A DNA stretch of 64,000 nt from Paragordius varius (lineage: Eukaryota; Animalia; Nematomorpha), in contig OZ176054.1 in the NCBI GenBank assembly GCA_964247055.1, positions 7,936,001-8,000,000 of the forward strand, written 5' to 3'. Shown here piece after piece: positions 39,861 to 53,100 of this stretch. How positions within the stretch are numbered: position 1 is the stretch's first letter; each line of letters begins with the position of its first letter. The notes under the pieces are model-generated. The model saw only the letters and a list, made by a program, of their open reading frames with translations. It made no database searches and was not told the origin of the DNA. The translations under genes were made by a program, and so were the position numbers.

Positions 39861-42295
39861 AACTATGAATTTTTATGGATATAATAATGGTTTCGGTTTT
39901 TCGCGCATAAAATAATAATATTAGTCAGTAAATTTACTAGGCTTTTAGGTAGACCCCCATACCCATAAATATGATCTTAGAAAAAATATAATATTAATCC
40001 ACTAATGATGGTGTCGACTGTCACAACGACGCATGATTAAAACTAATATTATTAAAATATATATCAATTATTAATATCATTATGTAGTATGTTTAATAAC
40101 ATAATCCGCTAATTTTAATTTATATGACATATTATGATAAATTCAATTACATTGCTAAATATTAAAAAGGTTTTCTAAAAATGTAAAGAGAGTATATAAA
40201 AAATGTTTTACTGAAGCCCCTTATCTTTATTCCCTTGAAACGCGTAACTTGGCGAATCAACGTTAATATATATCTATAGAACATTATATTATAACAATAT
40301 GTGTTTAAATTTAGAGAGAATGCTATAATATTTTTCATAATTTATTTTTTACAAAGTAAATTACTAAGCAAATTAATACGAATGCGTTTACAGTTATAAA
40401 TATAGAACTAAATTCTTCAAATAGCTTGATAGCCACACTTTTTATTTCGGTATTTTCGGTCAAAGGATATGATACGGTTGTTTCTAAACATAAGTTTAGA
40501 TTAAAACATAATTTATCACAAAATCAATGTGTTAATTTTTTATAACTCTATCTGCACCCATTTTATTTAAAAAGCGTGTGTGTATTGCTACAGTCCAAGT
40601 CGAGACTTTTTGCAATATTGTAAATAAAACTTCTCCATAGATTGCGATTTTTAGTTTTAATGTTGAGTTCTGCATAGGTTGCATGGGTTTCTTCTAGAAT
40701 ATATTTCACATTGTTTAAAACCGACTGTAATGACTAAAAATTTATTTAGAAAAAGTTTTTTGAAATTATTGGCGCGAGACGCAAATTTATAAGGATATTC
40801 ATGTAGTTATCTAATATATCATGTTTAAGTGATAGCTGTCTTATTTTTCATAAACTCATTTAAAACAATTAGTGTTTTTACAAAATCAAAATTTTTCATA
40901 AATTTGTTAATAAAATTTACAATTGGGCTCTTTCTACGTATGATAAAAGTCTATTTGAAGCCAAAATCATAGAAAGATTGTTTAATATTTGTATTTTTAC
41001 TCAGTAACGACATATATCTTTAGCACAAGTTAGTATGAGACTAAAACATTAAAAGGACTTTAAGAAAATAATTAGATGTAAATATCAGCATAATTAAGAA
41101 ATTATTATGAATTTTCGTTATAATCATCTAACTTTTTCAAATCGGCACTCTTCCATATTTTTTACAAATTTTTAATTTTATTATAATTAAAGCAAAGGAA
41201 AAATGGAGTTACCAGTGTAATAGACAAATTTAATAGGTGGATTGAATGAAAATTAGGAAACACTGTTTCTTCACTTTTCTAAACCTTTAATTTGGAGTAA
41301 ATAAAAAAAGTAAGGAAAGCCTAAAAAATATAGTTTTTTTAATATATGATTTCCTGTAAATAAATTATGTTAGGAACCTCTATATGAGTTTAAGGATATA
41401 TCTTTATATTATTTTAAATTTTATAGCAATCGATAGTAGAGGATACAAGGCTATGCAGCTTTGTAATACGGCTTTGAACACATAAGGTATAATATTTTGA
41501 CTAGGTTCAGTCATGTTTTTCGGTACGTTTCAGAATTCAGAGTTAAAGTAAATTTTTATCTAAATTTTTAGATTTAGGTCTATAGTCGGATGGCAGTGTC
41601 GAAATTTCCAAATTCTTCAAATTTTAAATCACTAGGATCTTTGATAGCACCTAGAAAAGTATCTAAAACAAGTAAGGGAGTCAAGAAATAATCGGAAATG
41701 AAACAAGTTCTGCGTTTTAGTAATCCAACAGTAGACATTATGGCAAAATACTTGTTCCCTGATTGCTCCGAGATAAAAATTAGATATTTTTTATATTAAA
41801 AATCACGGGCATCAAAATAATATTGGGCTATGGGGTGCACGGTACTATCCTGTTTGCAAAATAATTGATCGATTGTAGCCAATAAGATTGTGATAAAAGC
41901 ACGATAGGATCCAATTTCCTGGCACTATGCAAATGATTTTTGAGGCAAAAGGCCTATGGCAACAGCTATTGTTATAAGACCTGACTGCGCACTCATTTTT
42001 ATATAAACAAAAAAAAGGAAATTTAGTCATGGGTATACATAAATAGGAAACAGTATTTTCTCAATGCGCAATTAATCTGCGATACATTAGCCTAGGTATA
42101 AAGTCACACTCGGAAGTATGCATGTTAGCAAGTAGGGTAATCAGACGCAGTAGTCTTTGAAAGTTTCCCATAAATTCCAAAGCCAATGTTGCTTGCAGAT
42201 AGCGACTATGCAAATTTCCCTGGCTTTTTATTCTCTTTAGATATGCAACTGTAATTATGAAAAATGCTAATTCTAAATGGAATAGTAGGAGCGTT

Positions 42296-42984
42296 ATTGG
42301 GTGGAGTGAATAAAAAAATAAAAAACAATTCCTTTAAGCATTTCCTATGCTAACCTTTTTTATATTTTCTTTTGTTATTTTTTTCATGATTTGGCAGTTT
42401 ATTTTAAGTCGGAGAGAAGTTGTCGGTTTTTGATGGCTGGGAAGGTCGTAATCCATTTTTATGATTGGAATAGTGTTAGAAGATCATAAGAATATTTAGT
42501 CTTGATTAGTAAAAATATCTTACTTTTTAACGATGATCTTTTTCATGAAATGGCAGTTTGAAGGTAATTATTCGTTTAATATTATATGAATAGTTTAAAA
42601 TGATAAGATATTGTATAATTCAATAGTAAGAATTTTCTTCCTTTTTGATGATGATCCTTTTTATGAATTAGGAGTTTTTTGACTGGGTTAGAGAGGGACG
42701 GTTCCTGATGCTTGAGAATGTGATGATATTTTTTGGAGGGAATAGCATTAAGAGCATCATAAAAAAGTAAGAAAACTTTTACAATTCAAGGCTAGAAGTT
42801 TTTTGATCTTAACACTACACCAATCACAAAAAAAGAATTACCAACCTTCCCAACCATCAAAAACCGCCAAATTCATCCTCGAGTTAAAAAAAACTGCCAA
42901 ATTATGAAAAAAAACAACATAAGAAAGTATTGCAAAAGTGAGCAGAGAAGAGTTTTTTTTATTTTTTTATTCACTCCACCCAAT
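42296..42984. mobile_element. Non-autonomous element with long (about 150-bp) imperfect TIRs
   Basis: ATTGGGTGGAGTGAATAAAAAAATAAAAAA is mirrored at 42955-42984; GATTTGGCAG and TTTTTGATGG.TGGGAAGG are mirrored at 42840-42910. No TSD or superfamily recognised. Confidence 0.7.
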
Positions 42985-43107
42985 GTGTTTTTCGTATTTA
43001 TATAAATATTTTTTCCTTAGGACCGCCAGAGTTTATATATAGGATCAAAAAAGTGGCCAAATATGTATGATACCCCTATGATAGTTATATAAAGGGTAAT
43101 TATTTAC

Positions 43108-44048
43108 CAAACGATGTTTTCGCTCTTTCAAATTCATGAAATAATGCTCGTTCAACATTAAATGATTTTTCGTGAAACAATATGCGGGAAAGGGAATCCG
43201 ATAAGGCTTTGCGATCAATATATGTGAGTGCTTCCATCAATAAAGAAGCTGTATTATTGGTTGTATCATTCCTAAAATATACAATATAGTTTTGTTGGTG
43301 GATATCATATGGATACCTAAATATTTACAAAAAATTTACATTTCTTATGCATTGCGCCGTAAATAGCGTATTAATTTTATCATATATTTACTGTTATTAT
43401 TAATACCAAACTGTGGTCATAACGCGTTGGCGTCGCGGTCCTGTATCTGAATGTCAGACCGATGGTCGTTTTAATCATTAATATAGAGTCTTAAATCATC
43501 CGGTGGAACCAACTCTAAATAATATTTATCAAACCTAATTTATCCTCAACTAAAGTTTAAGAAAACAATATTTAAACATTCATGGAAATTGGTTCAGTTT
43601 AACGGCTTTAGGCTTAAACCGTGCCAATTATAAAATTGTTTTTTATTAAGTTAAGCATTTTTTGTATACAAAACCTAATGAACGCATGCATTAAAATATT
43701 TATGAATATTTATATAAATAATTAAATATTTAAAATAGATTTTGTAAATTGTTAAATTGCCAAAGCAGATATCGGCCCTTTCTTTTTAATTAAAATATAT
43801 TGAATTAGTGTAAATTCATAATAATACCACTGTAAAAGGGAATTCAAGCAATTTATTTCGGTATCATTCGACCCAAAATTTATATGAGCTAATATTTTTT
43901 GACATTCCATATTATTCAAGTGTTCGTAGATGTACAAAATTTCGTGATAATTCATATCAATGTTGTTTTTATTATGCGTCAAAGTTATAAATGTGTTTAT
44001 TGACAATATAACTGAAATTAGAACATATAAAATTTTAGAATCGCTCAT
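43108..44048 (-). CDS. Signal-peptide plus death-domain-like protein (TMDD1/C12orf81-like); two exons found (44048-43828, 43271-43108), 3' end unresolved
   Basis: Hydrophobic N-terminus, then NYHEILYIYEHLNNMECQKIL...CLNSLLQW|NDTTNNTASLLMEALTYIDRKALSDSLSRILFHEK; the phase-2 junction rebuilds the W. Family resemblance is from memory. Confidence 0.55.
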
Positions 44049-45834
44049 TGTGTTTAAAATTAAATTAATACAGTGTAAAAATAAACTTATATATATTTGT
44101 CAAATTTTTGTTTATTACTTGCACAATATAAAAAATGGTTGTATAGTATATTTTATTGATATTTCTGTTTCAGGTATTACCGAAAGATTCTAGATTGATC
44201 GGTTACAAAAAATTCAGTTTTTGAAATTTTATTTTGTATAACTGATTCCATAGTTATAATGTAAAATTTGTTTCATCTTGCGTATCACATCTAATGTGAT
44301 GTTTTTATTTGTTTCAATTTTGAAAATAAACTTAACTTTATAGATTGTCTGAAAAACTTGTATAAAGTATTCACAAATTTTCTGTTTGTTAACATCAGTA
44401 AGACACAACTATTTGATTTTGGGTTTTGTAGAACGATTTTGTATTTAAACCCGACTCTAATTTTGGTATAAATGCAATTGTTAGTGTGAAATTTTTCATA
44501 TAATGGAATTTGAGGACTTTAATATTGGTGTAATTCATAAATTTATATCAAAATATTTAATTAAAAAGTTTTCTTTCATATTAATATGATTGTTGATTAA
44601 TAATAAGTCAATAATATTAGGTTCACAAATTAGGTTTAAAATAATCTTCTAAAAACTACCTAAAATAACTTAATTTGTAGAAATATGTAGATGCGGTTTT
44701 TAACCCATTGTGCTATATTATTATTTGGGTTTCATTTTTTAAAATTAAAATAAGCGACAATGTAAATAGCGAGCCACAAAATCATTTTGATTGTAAATAT
44801 TGCATGCTATTTTCCTTAATAAAATTATAATTTCAATCGAAATAAGGTTAATCTGTTTTGGCAAACTACAAAAATCTAAAACTATCCGTCAATCTTTAAT
44901 GATTTACTTTAATTGGTTGCCGAATTTCAAATTCATTCATATCACATACGCCGCCATTATCAACTAGTATAAATCTTTGTATAAACGAATGAAAATGAAA
45001 ATATATCGTCCCTAGCTAACATTTGTCTGCCATCCATTTTTAATTCAAATTTACGCATAATATGACATTATATTGATCAATATTATCTATAAGCTATATA
45101 AATCATCATTTAACATATAAATAGGAAATGTATTGTAAGGTTAGGATCTTAAACTTGGAGTAGCTTAATGGCTCAAACAAAGATTCTAATAGCTAATATA
45201 GCCCATGAAAAATTAAATAACACTCTTATTTTTAAATTAATTTTAGGTTTATATCTAAATAATAATCAGAAGGAAAAATATAAACTTGAGCACTTCAGTT
45301 CTGGGGGGATTTAATAAATTAAGATCTTTAACCAAGATTATATAAATACTATCAAAGATGTCATAGGTTTATTCTTGTTATTTCTAAGAATTTAAATTCA
45401 TTTTTAATTTCAAAATTTTAGGTTTATCGTGATTTTTTTTGCGGCTGAAGGCGGAATTCAAACTTTTAATTTAAGGGTGCCCAACATGCTGCCCTTCAAA
45501 TGATTTTTTCAGCTATCGAGAAATTTCAACAAAATTTTAGAAAATTTATTTTGGCATTGAACATGCAAAAATTGTTTAATAAATAGTAGTTTAAACATAT
45601 GTTTAACTAATAAAAAATTTATAATTTTCGATATATTTTGAGAATGCGCCCGTTAGCTTTTTAGATCCACGGCCCGTGAAGCTATTTGTGTGCCCGCTGC
45701 TTAACTAAAAATATTTTTAGTAATTATAAAAAGGAGTGGAACTCACCAAAAATGAAAGGGCCAAAAGGCCACAATATAAACCTTTTTAAAGCCGCGATTT
45801 GAGTAACGCTGATGTAGAGGCAAAGAGTTAAAGC

Positions 45835-46920
45835 AATATTTTTTAAGCATCTATTTAACACTTCGATTCAAATTGGGGTATCTAAATACCCCAGACAATA
45901 TTTAAATTGAAATTTTTAAAAAACTACTGAAAGAAACGGTCCCAATTTACTTGGATACAACACATTTATTTTATTCCTTCGATTCAAATTGGAGTAGTTG
46001 GATACCCTAGGCTTGTTTATAATTAAATTCTTTAAAAAAGATGGAAGCAATCGAAACCATGTCAAAATTTTGCACTTATATAACATTAATAAACCGAAAT
46101 ATCTAAAAATATTTATTCAAATACTTGATATTACTTCTATTAAGCTAAAAACCCTAAGGTAAAAATTTAGTTAATGTGACATGTGTGCGAGGCAAAATTG
46201 AAAAATAATACAAAATAAACAGCTTTATCTATTTCTATCAATATTAGATGTAATTTAAATAAAAAAATTCAATTTAATTTTATTTTTAAAATCATGAAGA
46301 TGATATTTTAAATTTTGTTTGACATAGAACTTTTTTTCAAAACATAATTATATTTAAATATTTTCACATATTTATATAATTTTTATTAGGAGAGACGCAT
46401 ACATTTAAATTGGGACCGTTTCCTTCAGTAGTTTTATAAAAATCCTAACTTATATTTAGTCTAACCCCAATTTGAATCGAAGTGTTAAATTTACGCTTCT
46501 ATCCTAATAAAAACTATATAAATAACGAAATATCTAAATAAAATTTGGTTTTGAAAAAAGGTTCCATATCAAACTACTTCGACGCCACTTTTAACCTACA
46601 ACATTTTTGCAAAATATTGTATTTATATGATATGAAAGCTAAAATAAAAACTTCTTTAAACCCCATCTAGCATTCATCAGAAAAGTGGTTTATATTGTAT
46701 TATTTTTAAATTTAGCTAAAGCACACATGTAATGTTGAATAAATTTTTCCCTTGAGGCTTTCCCTAAAAATAAGTAATATCAAGTATTTGTGAATAAATT
46801 TTTTTATATATTTCGGTTCATTTATTTCATAAATGTGCAATTTTTGCCATAGTTTCAATTCATTCCATATTTTTTATTTTATTTTAAACAGGTCTGGTAT
46901 TCAGCTACCCCAATTTGAAG
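45835..46920. repeat. Rearranged inverted duplication of a roughly 550-bp unit just upstream of TBC1D9
   Basis: 45848-45950 is inverted at 46405-46490, 46310-46400 is inverted at 46490-46575, and 45975-46190 is inverted at 46720-46918. Confidence 0.7.
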
Positions 46921-47115
46921 GACTAAAATGGAGTGTTGATCCAAGTGTTAAAGTTGCCCTTTTATAAAATAAAACATTTAATAATTAATATCCGGTTATT
47001 TTTATATATCATTTATAAAATATTTTTAATTTTATTTATATCAAAGTGACTTTTTAAAAATTGGGTGAACACCTGGCTTATTTATCAAAATTGTTTATCA
47101 TATGTTAAAAACTAC

Positions 47116-50100
47116 ATGTGGGTTAAACCCGAAGAAATATTAGTGGCTAATGCATTTTGGTTTATTATTTTCCTCACCTGCTTAGGATTACCGAGTGTGC
47201 TAATACGTATTTTAGTGTTCAAAAAAGAGGAATTAAATCGAAGTTGAAAAAAGATAATTTGGACACTCATAAAACTGGTTTTAAATGGGTCGCTGAAAAA
47301 ACTTTTTATAGTCCCCTAGTTTCTAAAGGCGTTAAAATGGCAAGTCTTCTTTACAATACGATAGATAATATTTTTGATACACGTTCTGTTCCACCATACC
47401 GGGTTATATATCAACATCCGCTGTCTGAATATGCTTTAATATTGGCGATAAGTTTAGATTTGAATGAAGCCATGGAAAAATTTAACTGGCTTGATACTAA
47501 TTTAACTTTAATTTTAGGTTATTTTTTAGTTTATTTTAGATAAAATATCAAACGAACCTGATTGTACTGCTTTTATAAAGGGAAAAATTGAGAGCATGAT
47601 TACTTCGGCAAATTCAACTAATACTTTTACCAGTTATTTAGATATGGATGAAGATAACAAAAATCTAAATTCTAATAACAATACAAACGGTAGTAACTCG
47701 AAAAAAAGTTTGTCTGATTCTGAAAACCAAAATTTGGAAGATAGAATGGATGCTATACTAGATTATGATAATCTTGATAACACAATATTTAACCAACCAT
47801 CCCTCAATTTAAAAAGATCATCATCTCTTACAACGGTATATTCCTAATTATATAAGTTATCTGAGTCACCGGCTACATATATAATTCATTTTTGAAAAAA
47901 AAGATAGGTAATATATTATATAGAAAATTAGTATTGGTATTAAAATTACTTAAGTTTTAATTTTCCATAACTTATTTTATATTTGTTCCAATTATAATTT
48001 AAAATTAATAGATAAATTCTGAATGCAGATGTGTGTGAATTATGTTATGCTACCATTTTTTTATTGCAATACATTTAACAAATCGTATTCATCAAAAAAT
48101 TAAATAGCAAATATAATGCGTAACTTTAGCTTTTTTAAACATTGCCAATGGTAGAAATTTTGATCACACTATATACAAATGACTATTTTTGGATTATCAA
48201 CAATGTATCAATTATATAACTTTTTTTTAGGATTCACCCGTTAGAACCTTTAATGTAAAACAGACCCCATCCCGTGAGAAAATTCGACGCGCATTTTCCC
48301 TTTCTAGGATCCATAAAAAATTGGACACAGCTAAAGATGCATTACAATCTGGGGAATATTTAAATAAAATTGAAAATCTTGAAAATAATGGAAAATTTCA
48401 TAAAAACCATGACATTAGAAAAACAAATGTTTATAATAAAAGTCAGCGTTATGATGAAAAACGTCGTAAAGCGTTTGAGGATGCCACGCAACTCAAAATA
48501 GTTAACTATAAGTTTAGAAAATTGTTTGGTTTACCACCCACGGAAAAATTGATTAATTGTAAATATCTATCACATTTTTATTAATTTTACTTATAGTAAA
48601 AAGTTAAATTTTGAAGATAAAATATAAATACAAGCCTAATATTTTTTTTATAAAGACCGTCATATTTTTTAAATATAACCTATTTTGGGTTGCTAAATAG
48701 GATAGAGACGTAAATTAGTTATAAACTCAATTAATATATTTAAAAATCATCGTATAGAAACAAGGTTGAACAGTAGGGCTACCTTTAAAAAATATTTGTC
48801 TTGTTTCGTTTTTATAATTCCTTAAATATAATTAATTATTCGTAAATATTCATACTAAAATTTAAGTGATTCTAATTTAGATTATTCTTGTTCGTATTGG
48901 CGTGGTTATGTCCCAAAACAGGGTTGGATGTATTTAAGTCTCAACTATTTATGTTTTTACTCTTATATCCTTGGTTCCGAAATTAAAATTCAAATAAAAT
49001 GGACTGAAATAACGCAATTGGAAAAACAACAATCTGTTATATCACCCAACACTATTAAGATTGCAACTAAAAATGAAACTGTATGAATTATATGCCAATT
49101 TCGTTCACATATAATTATTATAAATGCTAAAAATTGTCCTCTCAATACGAAAATTATCGAAATAGTAAATAATTTCGTCAACTTTTAGGAAAAACTCCAA
49201 AAACCATATTTAATTTAAATTCAGCGTATTATTATAATTTCTGTAATTACAGTATGAGTAAGTATATATTGTTAGAAAGTATTAATTATTGTTAAATATC
49301 ATATGCAGCAAAAAGAATATTATTGGCTAATAAAAGTAAAATGTGAGAAAAATAACTATAAGCCAATAATACTGCCCTTTGTTGTATATGCTATTTGACA
49401 ATAATTAATAACTTTCTAGCAATGTCTAATTACTCATACTGTAAAAATTTTTTATTAAAATAATCATAATTCTTAAGTTAAATGGGTCGATATTACAGAA
49501 TCTCTTTAAAATAATTTTGTTTGCTTTTCAGTTTACATAACACTATCCTATTATTTTATACTTTTTACACCAATAAATATTTAGCATTACTTTTCCCTGT
49601 TTTTAAAACTGAATGAAACATTCAATTTGATGGAACAATTAACGAATTTGGCTATGCGACAATTAATATCGGACGATGTGGCCCAACAATATGATATATA
49701 CCGCATATATAATCTTAAATCGTTTAGTCCCAATATAATGGATGCTGCACATTTTTCCAGTAAGTTCGTATCGATATTAAATCATTACTTAAATATTGAA
49801 ATTTAAATTACATTATCTGGCCTAGATTATATTATATTTTGTATCAATATAATCCTCCTTGGTTATTCATTATTCGTAACATACGTGCTGTTAAAATGAA
49901 CCTCAAAGTTTGTAAAATATATTACTTTTACATTACTTGTTTAATCATATATCTCAATTATTGCACATATATTTTCTAAATTGATTTTCTGTTTATATAT
50001 GGTTTATTTTAAACCATATCTTAACTATTTTTTTGTTTATATAATTTTTTAAATTATATTCTTGCTATGCATGGCACAGATAGCCATGAAGATCGTTTGG

Positions 50101-53100
50101 ACTCTTCAAAAATATTACCAATTTCTTTAAAACGAAACCTAGACGCTAAACAAAGATCCCAAACTTTTCGGTTAGTGCCCAATTTTATATTTTGCATTTT
50201 TTTAAAATTGTTAAATTGGTTAAAATCAATTTATTGGGAGATATATACTTTTTCAATATTTAACCTGAATTATTCTTTAGAAATCTATTTTGCCTGCCTA
50301 CGGATGAACGATTAGATGGATGTGCTCAATGCAACCTAATCATTGCACCTAAATTATTATTAAATAAGGAAATAATAGTCAGTTGTGATTCTGCATCGTC
50401 CTATGGAACATTTTACTTGTCTCATAATTTTATTTGTTTCAGCTCAAAGGTATAATAATGAAATAGAGGAAATATTTATATTAATATTGGCTCATGACTT
50501 GTTTTAATTGGCGTAAAGCAAGTAAATTTGCATTTATTTATAAGGAATTATGTAATTTTTTGTTGTTTAAAACAAGTGTAGTTTGAAAAGTAAAAATGTA
50601 TCTTTTTTGAAATTTTATCTATATATTGTTGTTGCTAAGATGGGGGTTGATATGTCGCTATTTTGTAAGTGTAATTACGCCACATTGTACGGTTATGTGT
50701 GATGGCTATCAACTATTGCATTGATAGTTTGGTTTCTTTAGTTAAATTATCCAAGGCATTTTACATTTGACACGACGATAATTTAATACCGTATGAGCCA
50801 ATAATATTTCTCTGTGTTGTAACTAATAAAAAATTTTTATGTTATATTTATAGGATTTCGCTTTTGTGTTTAATTAAAATTCACATTTATAATTGTTTCA
50901 GGTGCCAAACCTTGTAAAAATTATCATTCCACTCCATTACATCCGTTCAATCGAACAAATCTGTAATAAGCAAAATGTAGATATCAAACACCAAAACTAC
51001 CGAAAAAATCATGGAAATTATACGGTAAATGCTGCTGAAGTAGAACCATTTAAAACTCCAACTAAAATTTTAAACAATAAAACTAATCCGACGATTAATA
51101 AAGAGTTTGACGATAATCAAATTCAAGATATCTACGATATTAAACCGCAAAAAAGTATAACGTTACTCAGCCCATCCTTTTCAACACTATCCCTGTCAAA
51201 CGCTTTACATACAACTTTGTCAAACATAACGGCTTACACACCATTTTTTACTACTTCTAATAATAATTTTGCTGACGAAAAAATAGGTTAGATATATATT
51301 TTTTGTTTTATTTTCACATTTGATAGAGTATTCATGTTTTAAATAAAGTCGATTATTGCTGAATTCACGTAATTCAATTCGTATCAAATGATTTTTGGGC
51401 AGCGTTTATCTAATTTATATTTTCGTTAGACGAGAAGATAATGCGAAAACCGGTTTTGAAAGAAGACCAATCCATAAAATCAATGCTACTCTCAGAAAAT
51501 ATGAAAGAAATCATTGAAGTCACACTTTATCCTGATGTGGTTCTGGTATGTATTTTTAATGAAAAATTATTTACCTATATACTAAACTTATATGTATCAC
51601 TATTAAAAACATTTAATTTTTTATATATTTTACTTATAAATTAATTTTATTAACACATCATCTAAATTGAATGTTAAAGATATATTTTTCCATATTTTTT
51701 CATATTACCGCTTATTCAGATAAACCCTAATCAAAAATTGATTATAGCCCTAGTTATTTGATATTATTTATGCCGATGATATTAATTTCTCTACCTTTTT
51801 ATTTAAAACAAATGGCTTAAATGCAAAAATTTATTTAAAAATATCTTTAAATTTTATATTTTGTTTCTATAGAAATTTAAGTTATTTTATTTTACGATAT
51901 ATGTTACCTAATTATCTAAAAAATGTCGCCAAAATTTATTTAAGGTATAATAATGTTTTTTATAATATACATCCAATCATTCAGAATAATTTTGATGGAA
52001 AACCACTTTCTTCATACTTGGCACAAATTTATTTTTATGACTTTGCCAATGCACACCACATTGTTTCCAAAGTTAAACATTTCCGGGCTAAATGCATAAA
52101 AAAGCGAAAACAAATTCAACAAAAGGCAAATCTGACCGAAAACTCAACAAGTCCAATGACTTCTAACTCTTCACAGTCGCTTTTAAATCAAACAATTGGT
52201 TAAAATTTTTGATAAAACTAATCTTATACTATTAGAAAGTCGTTTATTCTCATTTTTATTAACTTAAATTTTGTGGATATACTTTTTATACTATCTTGTT
52301 ATTATTTTAAATTCATATCACTTTTAACATAAAACAACTATAGAATTATTTCTTTAAATATCTATCCTAAATAAGAAAATTATAACCATAAAAATTTATA
52401 ATGCCTGTAAAAATTTTGGTTATAAATATTTTGTTGTGCGAAAATCAAACATTTTTAATATTTTATATTTAAAAAATAATACAATAAATACGCATCCCAT
52501 ATTCCACCCACCAAGTTTGTATATTAAAATTTATCGTTTTTATATTTCCAGTAGATAACAATATCAATCAAATTTGGCTGAAACATTTTAACCTTTATGG
52601 TAGAGGTATATGTATGTACCGTACTCATGAATTACACGAATTAGTATCACATGGAATCCCTGATGAAATACGAGCCGAACTATGGTCTGTTTTTTGTGGG
52701 GCACTTATAGAAGTCAGTAGAATGAATGATAATTTACAGTAGTATGCATTTTAATGGCTGCTTATTTCACACTATATAGTTGGGCAATTTGCAACGTTTA
52801 TTCAAGATTTTGTTGCTTTTTCCATACTTTATACTGTGTTGCAATTGTTTAACTATAATATAGTGTGAAATAAGCAACTATTATAATGTATACTGTAATA
52901 TTTTATTATTTTATCCAGAAACGAAACAAAATGTATGCGTAAACATTGTATTACATTATATAATTATATCATAAAGAGACTAATACCTTTTTATAAAAAA
53001 TATCATTTGTTATTTAAATTCAAAACGATAAGTTAGACTAAATAACAAAATTTATTAAAATATGTTTTTTTTATAAAAATTTTTGTCTTTTTTTTAAGTT

